The notes: generated from the letters alone by a model not told the origin. DNA of 64,000 nucleotides from an uncultured delta proteobacterium (GCA_963785235.1 CAWAUM010000001.1:512001-576000), one strand, 5' to 3'. Shown: positions 50,474-60,747, numbered from the stretch's first letter. A program made the numbers and translations.

Positions 50474-53400
50474 TTCTTTTGTGAGCGTAAGTCATAGTTC
50501 AACAGTAGCAATGGGATTTCTTATGATTAGGATACACGGGATGCTGCGAGGATTTCTTCACATAATCATAGCGTTTTTCTTGCTCTCCCAGAGCGCCATA
50601 TGCAATGCAGCCATCCTGCCTGTCCCGCTCGTTTCACAGGAGAAGACACACTGGTGCTGGGATGCGGGTAGTCAGGCCATACTTGCCTATTACGGGGTCA
50701 GCGTTTCCCAGTGCGAGATCGCCGATTTTGCGCGGATCCAGAATAACTGGGGATATAGCGACTGCTGTCTTTACCCGGATAGTTATGGCTGCAACAATGA
50801 GAATAGTATTTCCGGCAGCCGGGGCAGTACCTGCGGAGTATTGTCACATTGGGGTCTGAGAAACGCCTGGAGGGACTATCCATTATCTCAATCCACGGTA
50901 TCATCCGAGATAAGTTCGAGAAGACCTTTCGGGATTGCCTGGCGATGGAATAGCGGTGGGGGCCATTTTCTCGTGGGTCGCGGCATTGAAGGCAACAAGG
51001 TGCATTATCTGGATCCCTGGCCGGGAAATGGTTTTCAATCAGCCTCCTATGAGTGGGTGGCAGGGAGTGAAGATCATACGTGGATTGAGAGCATCCAGCT
51101 GATAACCCCTGGCCCTGAATGGGTCCCGCTGAACCCGTTGCCTCAGGGAACAGCGATCAGTCTCAGGGCCGTGTGGGGCGCTTCCGGCAGCAATATCTTC
51201 GTGGTTGGAGACAACGGCACGATCCTGCGCTACAACGGCAGCGTGTGGGTCCGCATGACCAGCGGCACTGCCAATGACCTCAATGGCGTATGGGGAAGTG
51301 CGGGCAATGATGTCTATGCTGTCGGTACGAATGGCACGATCCTGCACTACAACGGCAGCACGTGGAACACCATGACCAGCAATACCCCTCACTATCTGAA
51401 GGGGGTATGGGGCACAACGGGTGCAGACGTTTTTGTTGTGGGAGATAACGGCACGATCCTGCACTATAACGGAAGCTCATGGAGCCCCATGAACAGCACC
51501 ACCAGCCTCGAATTATCAGGAATATGGGGCAGTGCGGCCGATGATGTCTATGTTGCCGGAGATCAAGGTCTGATAATGCGCTACAACGGCAGCACGTGGA
51601 ACATCGTGACAGGGGGCAGTTCAGCAGGATTCCTTGAGAGCATATGGGGAAGCTCGGCCGGAGATATCTTTGCTGTGGGAGAGGCCGGAACGATCCTTCA
51701 CTTTAACGGCAGTGCGTGGAGCAGTGTGCCGAACCCGCTCACCGGGAGTCTGACAGGGCTCCGGGGGATATGGGGCAGCTCCGGCAGCTTTGTATTTGCC
51801 GTGGGAGATGAAGGTACAATCCTTCACTACAACGGCAGTTCCTGGGTTAGCATGACGAGTGGAACCGATAAAATGCTGTGGGGTGTGTGGGGCAGTCCGG
51901 CACTTGATGTCTTTGCCGCAGGGGATGAAGGAACGGTCCGGCGTTATTCAGGTCCCCTCGTTTCTGATTTCACCGCTGAACCGAGAAGTGGTTCGCTGCC
52001 TCTGGTTGTGAGTTTCTCCGACAGGTCCACAGGGGCCATCACATCCTGGTTATGGAACTTCGGAGACGGCACGACGAGCACATCCATGAATCCGACTCAT
52101 ACCTACACCAGGGCAGGGACATACACGCCCAGCCTCACCATTGCCGGACCGGACGGAACGAATACCAACACAAAGACGGCCTACATTTCCGTGTTGAATA
52201 CGGCAATATCATGTTCCCCTGTGACCCTTGCTTTAACCTGTCTTCCAGGATACAACGCACCGGGCCAAACCGTACAGGTCTGGAACTCAGGGGATGGAAC
52301 GATCAATTACACACTATCAGCTGATCAGTCCTGGATCTCCTTCTCAAGTCCAGGTGGGTCTTCAGCCGGGGCATCAGATAAAAAGTCTGTTACAGTTCAT
52401 TTTACCACATCGGCCCTTGCCCAGGGAAGCTATTCGGCCACCATCACCATCAGTGCGCCGGAGGCTGCAAATGCCCCCGTACAGATCCCGGTGCGCCTCA
52501 CGGTTCTTTCTCCGACTATAGCTTTCATTCCGGGGTCGCTTACCAATTCCTGCTGGCAAGGGTACAATGCACCCACCCAGACTTTTCAGGTCTGGAACTC
52601 AGGAGGAGGGACAATCAATTATTCCCTATCCGCCGATCAGACATGGCTCACCTGTCAACCTTCGAACGCAAGCTCCACTTCGACAGGAGGCGGCAGCGGG
52701 CATAGCACCATCAGGGTTAATTATGCAGCCTCAGGTCTTGTTCCCGGTAGTTACCCGGCCAACATCACTATCAGTGCGCCCGGCGCCATGAATACCCCAC
52801 GCATCATACCCGTAAGCTTAAAGGTGAATGCCCCTGTGTCCCCTTCATCCCCGGTTATTTCACAGAGCATACCAGCAAGTATTTCGGTAACCTGCGCAAA
52901 GGGTGCAAATGCATCAAGCCAGTCTTTTGATATCTGGAACTCAGGCGGCGGGTCGCTGGACTTTACTCTCTATGGGGATGTGCCATGGCTCTCACTCACT
53001 CCATCACATGGGACCTCTACGGGGGGGCATAATACAATAATTGTCGGTTTTACAAACTCAAGTCTTCCAGCAGGGACTTATTCCGCAACCATTACCGTCA
53101 GTGCCCCAATGGCTTCTAACAGCCCTCAGGTCATTCCTGTAAACCTGAAGGTGAGCGATCAAGAGGTACTTGGAAAGCCGACCCTTTTCATCGAACCCGG
53201 ATCAATCGCGATCACCTGTAAACGAGGTACGGATGCCAACGATCAAACCTTCCAGGTATGGAATTCGGGGAATGGAATAGTAAACTATTCCGTTTCCGAT
53301 ACTGCTGATTGGCTCTCCTGTACACCACAAGGGAGTACTATTTCAGGTTATCGCAGCACTATTACGGTCATCTTCAAGACATCCAATCTCTCCCCAGGGG

Positions 53401-53648
53401 AATATGACGAGATCATTACCATTGCTTCAACAGATTCAGCTGTGATGAATAGTCCCCAAAAAATCCCTGTTCATCTATCCGTGAAAGGGGGCGGAGGAGG
53501 CGGCAGCGGCTGCTTTATCTCTTCTACGACAGCTGCTGTTCCTGGGGCTCGAGTACTATCATTCATTGTTATGTTTGTGATGGTTATCGGAACCAGTATT
53601 TATCGTTCTTGCAGGGTTTCCCATGAGCACCCTATGACCCGGCGCTAA
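50442..53648 (+). CDS. Multidomain surface protein: papain-like (C39/C70-like) cysteine protease + 7-blade VWGS beta-propeller + PKD + four BACON-like domains + CFI-box C-terminal anchor
   Basis: Q....WCW.A (Cys), GGHF (His), YLDPWP (Asp); seven L.GVWGS...VFAVG..GTILHYNG repeats; WNFGDG PKD; four F.VWNSG.G...WL repeats; GGGGGGSGCFIS-TM-basic tail; true start probably 50511-50541. Confidence 0.85.
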   Translation: MSARTSRLKSDSFVSVSHSSTVAMGFLMIRIHGMLRGFLHIIIAFFLLSQSAICNAAILPVPLVSQEKTHWCWDAGSQAILAYYGVSVSQCEIADFARIQNNWGYSDCCLYPDSYGCNNENSISGSRGSTCGVLSHWGLRNAWRDYPLSQSTVSSEISSRRPFGIAWRWNSGGGHFLVGRGIEGNKVHYLDPWPGNGFQSASYEWVAGSEDHTWIESIQLITPGPEWVPLNPLPQGTAISLRAVWGASGSNIFVVGDNGTILRYNGSVWVRMTSGTANDLNGVWGSAGNDVYAVGTNGTILHYNGSTWNTMTSNTPHYLKGVWGTTGADVFVVGDNGTILHYNGSSWSPMNSTTSLELSGIWGSAADDVYVAGDQGLIMRYNGSTWNIVTGGSSAGFLESIWGSSAGDIFAVGEAGTILHFNGSAWSSVPNPLTGSLTGLRGIWGSSGSFVFAVGDEGTILHYNGSSWVSMTSGTDKMLWGVWGSPALDVFAAGDEGTVRRYSGPLVSDFTAEPRSGSLPLVVSFSDRSTGAITSWLWNFGDGTTSTSMNPTHTYTRAGTYTPSLTIAGPDGTNTNTKTAYISVLNTAISCSPVTLALTCLPGYNAPGQTVQVWNSGDGTINYTLSADQSWISFSSPGGSSAGASDKKSVTVHFTTSALAQGSYSATITISAPEAANAPVQIPVRLTVLSPTIAFIPGSLTNSCWQGYNAPTQTFQVWNSGGGTINYSLSADQTWLTCQPSNASSTSTGGGSGHSTIRVNYAASGLVPGSYPANITISAPGAMNTPRIIPVSLKVNAPVSPSSPVISQSIPASISVTCAKGANASSQSFDIWNSGGGSLDFTLYGDVPWLSLTPSHGTSTGGHNTIIVGFTNSSLPAGTYSATITVSAPMASNSPQVIPVNLKVSDQEVLGKPTLFIEPGSIAITCKRGTDANDQTFQVWNSGNGIVNYSVSDTADWLSCTPQGSTISGYRSTITVIFKTSNLSPGEYDEIITIASTDSAVMNSPQKIPVHLSVKGGGGGGSGCFISSTTAAVPGARVLSFIVMFVMVIGTSIYRSCRVSHEHPMTRR

Positions 53649-53717
53649 GCAGCGATCATAGAATTGTTACCGGAATGTCCCATGGACATCACCAGGTACT
53701 ATAAGAGCCCAATGAAT

Positions 53718-54284
53718 CTACAGGGGATAGTTGTCTTCGAGTATCTCGATCTTTTTTACAAGGAACTGCCTTCCAATCTCCCCGGTGAGAAACACCTTTG
53801 AATTTTTAAAAGAGAGCTCTGATATGGTGAGTTCGGTCATGGAGAGCTTTGTAACAGGGAAAAATTTACGTGAGTTTAAATCAATAAGCTTCTTGATCTG
53901 TTTCTGAACCGTTCCATCAGCAGCAATCAGCTTGTAACGCTTGGATAAACCCCTGGCTATTGTATAACCTTTGTTCTCCGGATCTACGTAGTTACCGAAT
54001 TTAGTCTTAAGTTCGTCGGCATCTTTTTTTGTCATGACAATGATGCGGGCATCGAGGTATTTTATGGATTCAGGGAAAACAACCGGGTTTATCGTGAACA
54101 GGACAAAGGTATCTTCCACCGGCGCCATCTTGACGGCCTTTACGGAATGATCTTTTGTCGTAAGCGCTATCTCCTTACCCGTATCCTTAATATCCCCCCC
54201 CGACCTTGTTGACGAAGATGAGCATGCAGGAAGCACCAAGAGTAATACAAGGATAAAGAACAGAAAGCCCCGGATAGTCTTCAT
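53718..54284 (-). CDS. Hypothetical lipoprotein
   Basis: GAGGAGG RBS; lipobox LPAC followed by Ser-rich linker. Confidence 0.8.
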   Translation of the reverse strand: MKTIRGFLFFILVLLLVLPACSSSSTRSGGDIKDTGKEIALTTKDHSVKAVKMAPVEDTFVLFTINPVVFPESIKYLDARIIVMTKKDADELKTKFGNYVDPENKGYTIARGLSKRYKLIAADGTVQKQIKKLIDLNSRKFFPVTKLSMTELTISELSFKNSKVFLTGEIGRQFLVKKIEILEDNYPL

Positions 54285-54614
54285 TACCAGTCCTCCTCAA
54301 TAACGGTGTGGTGATTCTTTCCAAGAAGATTATACCTTGATAGTACAAGCTCATAATAAGCCCCATATCTTTAAGATACGACCAAGTTAATCCCCTTGAG
54401 TTTTCCGGCACAAGATATAGTGGGGGGTTTAAAAATTGTCAAGATAGTACTCAGGTGATCCAGGTGTATCCAGTTCCATCGACCGGTAAACAACCATGAA
54501 CGCCTAATCTGATGTATGGTGAAATATTCTTGTATGTTGTATAGATTTAGTGGCTATTACCACGGGACGACAGTTGAGAAAAACCACTGCCAGGGGGCTG
54601 ACGCATGAAGAAAC

Positions 54615-55304
54615 ATGATGTCCGTAATACTCCAGGAAAGGGTGTCCTGCCTCGGTGCTTGCATTATTCTGATTCTCTGTGTCTTCATCGGTTGTTCTTC
54701 GAGCGATTCAAACCAGAGGTATGGTACCTTTGTGGATAGCGCAGTTGAAGGCATTACGTTCAAGACCGAAACCATGAGTGGTGAGACTGGTGTATATGGA
54801 AGATTCCCTTTTGTTCCTGGAGAAACCGTGACCTTTTCCATCGGGGGCATCATTATCGGGGCCACGAAGGTAAAGCTTGTCATCACGCCGGTGGACCTTG
54901 TTACAGGGGCACTTGATGAGAAAGATCCCGCGGTGACCAACATCACCCGGTTCCTCATCACCCTCGATGAAGACAATAATCCTGATAACGGCATAACCAT
55001 AAGCCCTGCAGTCAGGACTGCTTTGGCCGGCTACTCAGTCAATTTTGCCCAGGACACTGCTCAGTTCGCTCAAGATGCCGAGGCGCTGGATGTGATGGAA
55101 ACCCTGAACGTTCTCTATAAAGGCGATACAGGGGAACGCATACTCTGTTCCGTGATGGACGCCCAGGAACACCTCGGAAATACTATAGAAGAGCTTGCAA
55201 AGAGTGGATACAATAAATCCGGCGGATCAAGCGGCAATATCGATTTCGGTGGAGGAGGCGGGTCAGGCGGAGGCGGAGGCGGATGCGGTGGGTGAGGCGA
55301 ATAG
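54615..55304 (+). CDS. Lipoprotein with Gly-rich C-terminal arm; candidate selenoprotein (CGG-UGA-GE-stop). Ends at 55295 if UGA is a stop
   Basis: Lipobox FIGC; G.FVDSAVEG..F, G.T...G.F....GE.VTF.IG, N..RFL.TLD.D.NPDNGI.I domain; GGGGGSGGGGGGCGG then TGA, two codons and TAG. Confidence 0.8.
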
Positions 55305-55308
55305 CCTA

Positions 55309-55326
55309 CATCATCGGTCGATGATG
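55309..55326 (+). promoter_or_regulatory. Candidate bacterial SECIS element
   Basis: CATCATC-GGTC-GATGATG hairpin starting 13 nt after the in-frame TGA; GGUC apical loop as in the E. coli fdhF SECIS; no U-tract follows it on either strand. Confidence 0.6.
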
Positions 55327-55347
55327 AAAAAACCTCCAATAAAAGCT

Positions 55348-55953
55348 TCACATGAACGGGTGAATGTGCGGAATAATCCAGATGCCTAGGTTTGCGAGCG
55401 CATGCACGATAAATGGTGCCCAGATATTCCTTCTCCATTCGTAAATAGAAGCAAACAGGATGCCGCCTGTGAGTTGGATTACTGAGATGTTGCCGTGCAG
55501 ACAGGAAAAGAGCAGAGATGTGAGGATAATGCACACGGATGCTCCCAGGCTTTCCCTCATCCATGCATAGAGCAGCCCCCTGAAAAAGAGCTCTTCCACA
55601 AAAGGCCCGATGAGACAGCCGATAAAGAAAAAGGCTACCCAGTGGTCAAGAGGCTGCTCTGAGAGAAGCTGACTCAGCAGCCCTTTTTCCATGAAGATCC
55701 GCGAAACAAGGTCTATGGCAAGAACACAAGCGCCAAAGACAGCAGCAATCCCGAGTCCAATGGCAAGCTCCTTGGAAATTGAGGCTGTCATCACGCCGCA
55801 GAGCCTGTATGAAAAAACAAGGATGACAGTCATCTCCACGAGCCTGGCCATAAGTGTGTAGATCAGCCCGTCAACAAGGATGTATCCCGACAACAGCCTG
55901 AACCCGGCTTCTACGAGACAAACCGCAAGAATGACTGCCAGACGCCTATCCAT
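55348..55953 (-). CDS. CPBP (CAAX/Abi) family intramembrane glutamic endopeptidase
   Basis: GPFVEELFFRG, FSCLH, HALAN motifs; multiple TM. Confidence 0.9.
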   Translation of the reverse strand: MDRRLAVILAVCLVEAGFRLLSGYILVDGLIYTLMARLVEMTVILVFSYRLCGVMTASISKELAIGLGIAAVFGACVLAIDLVSRIFMEKGLLSQLLSEQPLDHWVAFFFIGCLIGPFVEELFFRGLLYAWMRESLGASVCIILTSLLFSCLHGNISVIQLTGGILFASIYEWRRNIWAPFIVHALANLGIWIIPHIHPFM

Positions 55954-56082
55954 GGATATGTATATATAAGGGAAAATGGGAAGGCACAATGAAAGAAACT
56001 TGGCAACAGTCTAATAAAGGCATATCCGATATACAAACTTGTAAAATTGACGAGCATGGACAAGTGCGTCTATACTGGCACC

Positions 56083-57954
56083 ATGAAAAGGGTAGTCATC
56101 GGCACGGCAGGACATGTGGACCATGGCAAGACATCGCTTATCAAGGCGCTCACCGGTGTTGACTGTGACCGCCTCAAGGAAGAGAAAGAGCGTGGGCTTA
56201 CTATCGAGCTCGGCTTTGCCTCGCTCGTTCTCCCTTCAGGGGAGCGCGTAGGGGTGGTGGATGTGCCGGGGCATGTGCGTTTTATTAAGCACATGCTCTC
56301 AGGGGCCTCAGGCATTGATCTGGTGCTGCTGGTGATCGCCGCGGATGAGGGAGTGATGCCCCAGACAAAAGAGCATGTGCAGATCTGCGAGCTTCTGGGC
56401 ATCAAGCGCGGGGTCGTTGCCCTGACCAAAAAAGACATGGTGGATGAAGACCTGCTGGAGCTTGCCGTCTCTGATGTGCGGGATTATATCCAGGGCACCT
56501 TCCTTAAAGATGCACCAATTATCCCGGTAAGCTCCACGACGAAAGAAGGTCTGGATGAGCTCACCGCTGAGCTCGATGCCCAGGTAGCGCTGGTGCATGA
56601 GCGGCAATCAACAGGGATACCGGTGCTTCCTGTTGACCGCGTTTTCACCATCAAGGGGTTCGGCACCGTGGTGACCGGCACACTGAGCCGCGGTACATTC
56701 TCTCATGAACAGGAAGTCGAGGTTTTGCCCAGCCGCAAGGCTGCCAGGATCCGCAATCTTCAGGTCCATGATGAAGATGTTGATATTGCATTTGCCGGCA
56801 TGCGCACCGCAGTCAACCTCCAGGGCATGGGCAACGAGGAGATAGCCCGGGGTGAATGGGTCGTTCCGGCAGGGGTCTTTGATGCCACCCGTTTGCTTGA
56901 TGCGAAGCTCAACCTTCTGAGGAAGCCGGGCAGGGGCGGAGTCAGGCTCTATATCGGTACGGCAGAGGTTATGGGGGACATGAGCCTGCACAAGGTAGAC
57001 GGCCAGGACATTGGAAGGATAAGGCTCCAGCAACCGATTGTTGCCTCGCACGGCGACAGGTTCATCCTGCGTGCCATATCCCCTGCGGCCACCATTGGTG
57101 GAGGTATGGTGCTCAATCCTCATCCGGCCAGGCGGTTTTCAGAAGAGGTGATCCGCGATCTCTTAAGCGATGACCCTTCAAGGCTCATCATCGGTCTTGC
57201 AAAGGATGCCGGAATGCAGGGCATCTCACGAAGGGTTATCCTCTCTGTGTTCCCCGAAGGGGCGTCCAAGTGGGATAAGCTCATACAAAGCCTGCTCTCA
57301 GCCGGCGAGATCATCAAGTTCGATACAACAGGAGAGCTCTTTGTTCATGCCTTTTACCAGGCCAGGCTCAGGCAGGTTCTTGTATCGCGCGTCCAGGAAT
57401 ATCATGCGGCAAACCCATCATCGCCAGGTGTATCAAAGGAACATCTAAGGATGTCTGTTCAGGGCGGCGTAGAGCAGAAACTGTTCCACAAGGTCTTGCA
57501 GGATCTTGTGAAAAGAGGTGATCTGGAAGAGTCGGGGCCTACGATATCAGCCGCCGGGTTTTCTGCAACCATGGCTGCCGACCGGACCGAGCTTGGTGAA
57601 AAAATAACCAAGATTCTTGAGCAGGCCGGATTCGAGCCGCCAAAGATATCCGAGCTTTCTGAAAGGCTCCATGTCACCAGTAAAAATATCACGGAAATTC
57701 TCGGTTTTCTCAGTCGTGACCACAAGGTCGTCAAGATAAAAGACGATATGTATCTGTCCAGCCAACATGAAGAGACTCTCAAGAAACACGTAGGCGAGTT
57801 CATCCTCAAGAATCAGTCCATGGGGCCTGCTGACATGAAGACCGTCATGGGCTTGTCTCGGAAATATGCAATTCCCTATTTTGAGTACCTGGATCGTATT
57901 CGGTTCACCATGCGTGTGGGGGATGTGCGTAAGCTGGTAATTACATCGAAGTAA
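56083..57954 (+). CDS. selB: Selenocysteine-specific translation elongation factor
   Basis: [63 protein letters not shown]-terminal winged helix SRKYAIP..EYLD...T.R.GD.R. Confidence 0.97.
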   Translation: MKRVVIGTAGHVDHGKTSLIKALTGVDCDRLKEEKERGLTIELGFASLVLPSGERVGVVDVPGHVRFIKHMLSGASGIDLVLLVIAADEGVMPQTKEHVQICELLGIKRGVVALTKKDMVDEDLLELAVSDVRDYIQGTFLKDAPIIPVSSTTKEGLDELTAELDAQVALVHERQSTGIPVLPVDRVFTIKGFGTVVTGTLSRGTFSHEQEVEVLPSRKAARIRNLQVHDEDVDIAFAGMRTAVNLQGMGNEEIARGEWVVPAGVFDATRLLDAKLNLLRKPGRGGVRLYIGTAEVMGDMSLHKVDGQDIGRIRLQQPIVASHGDRFILRAISPAATIGGGMVLNPHPARRFSEEVIRDLLSDDPSRLIIGLAKDAGMQGISRRVILSVFPEGASKWDKLIQSLLSAGEIIKFDTTGELFVHAFYQARLRQVLVSRVQEYHAANPSSPGVSKEHLRMSVQGGVEQKLFHKVLQDLVKRGDLEESGPTISAAGFSATMAADRTELGEKITKILEQAGFEPPKISELSERLHVTSKNITEILGFLSRDHKVVKIKDDMYLSSQHEETLKKHVGEFILKNQSMGPADMKTVMGLSRKYAIPYFEYLDRIRFTMRVGDVRKLVITSK

Positions 57955-58033
57955 ATATCTGTTTATCTTAGTCTTTTTATCCTGGATCTTGCGTTTAATC
58001 CGGATTCATACAAAGTGAAATCCTTCAGGAGAA

Positions 58034-58174
58034 CTACTTTCTCGGTATCATTTTACGGACCAGAATAGCCCGGTCTTTAAGCTTGAGCCTCCAGTAGAGA
58101 GGGCTCAGAATGAGGGTTTTTATAAGCTCCTTCTTCTTATTATTAACATGCTCGTCTTTATTTACATCTTGCAT
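58034..58174 (-). CDS. Small unannotated protein (46 aa) MQDVNKDEHVNNKKKELIKTLILSPLYWRLKLKDRAILVRKMIPRK
   Basis: Uninterrupted ATG-TAG frame below the ORF-track length cutoff; amphipathic L..SPLY..L.LKDR pattern; preceded by sigma54-like site. Confidence 0.6.
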   Translation of the reverse strand: MQDVNKDEHVNNKKKELIKTLILSPLYWRLKLKDRAILVRKMIPRK

Positions 58175-58185
58175 ATCATTGAATA

Positions 58186-58332
58186 TGCTTAAACCATGCC
58201 AGTAAATAGAAAACTGTGGTTTATCAATAAGTTATGCTGTATGGGGATGAAATAGTATCCGGGAGAGAGGAAAAGTGATGGAATTATGACACTCTTTCAC
58301 TGGGTGAGCATATAATTAAGGTGAGCATATAA
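58186..58332 (-). promoter_or_regulatory. sigma54-type control region: -24/-12 site, IHF site and 13-bp direct repeats
   Basis: Minus TGGCATGGTTTAAGCA (58201-58186; GG and GC correctly spaced); TATCAATAAGTTA (58222-34) = WATCAANNNNTTR; GGTGAGCATATAA at 58303 and 58320. Confidence 0.55.
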
Positions 58333-58345
58333 CAAGATGAGAGGG

Positions 58346-59002
58346 TTACTTTGGCGCGGGTACCGAGGAGGTACATGATGTTGAGATCAGACTGTCAATA
58401 TCTTCACCAAGATCTGTATCGGGATAGAGCTTCTTGATGGACTGAAAGCGGGTGCATGCTGCCTTTGAGTTGCCCTTTTTCAGGTAGAATTTGCCGATAT
58501 ACACATAATGTTTGGCGAGGAGTGTCTTTGCCTCTTTAAGGCTGTCCGTGGCATCTTTAATATAGGGAGATCCCGGATAAGTCTTCATGAATCCCTCAAA
58601 GCTCGCAATAGCCTTCATGGTCTCATTCTGGTCCCGGTCAAGGGTGCCCATCTGTTTATAATGGCACATCCCGATCCGGAAGAGACAATAGCCGGCATCG
58701 ATATCAGTGGGATAGAGAAGGCGGAATTCCTCATAGTTCTTTAGTGCCAGTTCATAATCTTCCTGGTCATAATAGAGATCAGCAGTACTGAGAATGGCTT
58801 TCCGTGCAAGCTCATGGCCCGGGTAATAGGTCCGTACCTGCATGAATGCCTCGGCAGCCTTTTCAGCATCGCCTTTCTTTGCAAGCTCGGCGGCTTCATC
58901 ATAGAGCTCTTGAGCGGGTTTAATCTTGTCGGTGTCGTGGGCGCAGCTGAAAATGAGAGATAAAATAAATACGTAGATGATAAGAGAGAGTGCTTTTCTC
59001 AT
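58346..59002 (-). CDS. bamD: Outer membrane protein assembly factor BamD
   Basis: Lipobox IFSC; TPRs, YEEF..LYP, DRDQ..T..A...F......YP.S.Y, LA.H...IG.FY.K. Confidence 0.88.
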   Translation of the reverse strand: MRKALSLIIYVFILSLIFSCAHDTDKIKPAQELYDEAAELAKKGDAEKAAEAFMQVRTYYPGHELARKAILSTADLYYDQEDYELALKNYEEFRLLYPTDIDAGYCLFRIGMCHYKQMGTLDRDQNETMKAIASFEGFMKTYPGSPYIKDATDSLKEAKTLLAKHYVYIGKFYLKKGNSKAACTRFQSIKKLYPDTDLGEDIDSLISTSCTSSVPAPK

Positions 59003-59036
59003 GCGTTAGGCACCTTAAGCCAAATCGTTATGGGAA

Positions 59037-60259
59037 TCAAGGACGGATTTCATAGATTGAACCGTCTTTAATAGTAAGGATATAGGTGGACTTATCTAAT
59101 GCGCCATCTGAAGAGAATGACGTAGTGCCGCTGACCCCGGGGTAATTTTTCAGGGAGGCCAGATAGTCCTTCAGAGCCTCACGAGATGGCCTCTTGAGAT
59201 TGGGTGTAAGCCTGGAGGATCTGTGCAGCATCAAAGGCGCAGGCCTCCCAAACCGAGGGTGTATAGTGGAATGTGTTCGTGAATGAGCGGTTAAAATCCT
59301 GGGCAGCACTAAGGATGGTTCCATGATAGTATCCACTTAAGAACACTGCATTCTCGATATTTCTTCCCCCTGCCTTGAGCAGATCAGGGGTGTCCCACAG
59401 CGTTGGTCCGAAGAGGCGAATATTTTTAATGTTAAGGTAGCTTATGTATGATGATATCATGGCTGCATTCGCTGCATTATCCGGTATGAGGACTGCCTCA
59501 ATATCTGCTCCCTTACCCAAGGACATATCCCCTGGTCGGCCTTTTGCAGGCGTTTTTTTCCCTCCTGAGAAAAGGGTTTTCAGCTGCTGTTTGAAGTCAA
59601 CACTCTGCGGGGAATAGGTGATGGACTTCAAAATAGTTATGCCGAATGAGGGAGACAATCTTTGAAATCTTTCGGCAAAGGTCTTTCCGAAGCGATCATC
59701 GGGAATCATGACGGCAAACCTTGTAATGCCCATGGACCTTGCTGCGTTAAGGAGGGCCTTGGCCTGTAAATCAATAGTGAGGAAGTTCCTGTAGCAGTAT
59801 GTCCCGATCTTTGGAGGTATCTCAGCCTGGGTGAATATTATTGCCGGCAAATGCCTTGCCTGAGCCTCCTTGCAGGCGATATCACCTGCATGTTCCCCCA
59901 CCGGGCCTATGATTGCAACAACCTTTTGGGTGCGGTCAAGTTCATCAATGATAGAAGGGATGGAGTCCTCGTTATTGCCATAGTCCCTGATGATGTATTC
60001 TATATTTTGGGTAGCGGCCGTTGGAAAAGACCCCGCCTGCGATCTCTATCCCCTTGAGTATCTTGTGGCCTACTGATTCCCATTTTCCGCTTAAGGGGAG
60101 GATAACACCAATGGCATTTCGGGGGTTTGATATAAAGATATTTTTCAATGTGTCCGGTTGAGTTACATCAGAGTCAGATGCCGCCATCGCAGAGGGGCCT
60201 GAAAGCAGCAGGAATACTTCAAACAACACGGGCAGTACTCTTAAGAATCGTGTTTTCAT
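59037..60259 (-). CDS. LppC/LpoA-like periplasmic binding-protein-fold protein (frameshifts near 60015, 59890 and 59190)
   Basis: IGVILPLSG......G..I.KG, IIRD, IIARWG/GP region, FG..F...F, L.GP..W, A.AFDA, YPGVSG.TSF pieces in successive frames; upstream of bamD. Confidence 0.72.
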
Positions 60260-60419
60260 AATAATTTTGAATACTATATGAAGATATTGCGCCAAGTCAA
60301 TGAGATGCAATTCCTTTACCGCGGCAATGCTTTCCCCAAGTTATATTTTACTTGACAACTTCTCAGACACTCCATGAGAATAGCGTGTCAAAATACTAAA
60401 AAATTCAAAGGAGACCCCT

Positions 60420-60704
60420 GTGGCCGATCTAGGGACACGGTATAAATGCTATAAGTGCGGCACGAAGTTTTATGACTTAGGTAAACCACAGCCCATTTGT
60501 CCTGCCTGTGGTGAGGACCAGAATAACGAAGAGACGAAGCGGATGCTCAAACGAAAGAGGAAGCGTTCGCTTGCAAAGGTGAAATCCGACGTCAGGGCCA
60601 TACCGGAAGAGACTGATATCCCTGTAGAAACCGATGAAAACGTAGAAGACTATGTCCTCGATATGGAAGACATCGTCCTTGAGGAAAACGCGGATTCAGA
60701 GTAA
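60420..60704 (+). CDS. FYDLN acid domain protein (TIGR02300-like zinc ribbon with acidic tail)
   Basis: LGTRYKCYKCGTKFYDL.K...CP.CG, acidic C-terminus. Confidence 0.88.
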   Translation: MADLGTRYKCYKCGTKFYDLGKPQPICPACGEDQNNEETKRMLKRKRKRSLAKVKSDVRAIPEETDIPVETDENVEDYVLDMEDIVLEENADSE

Positions 60705-60747
60705 TTAGACAGTAGAGGCCTAGTCTTGTACCCGCCCTTGAGATTAC

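Noticed and set aside
54398-54412. Possible duplicated tRNA-Leu 3' end (TCCGGCAC) marking an island boundary
   Set aside because: Only about 8 matching bases, expected by chance
55309-55332. Hairpin after the Gly-rich lipoprotein read as an intrinsic terminator
   Set aside because: Followed by an A-run on the plus strand and preceded, not followed, by the U-run on the minus strand; a SECIS reading fits better
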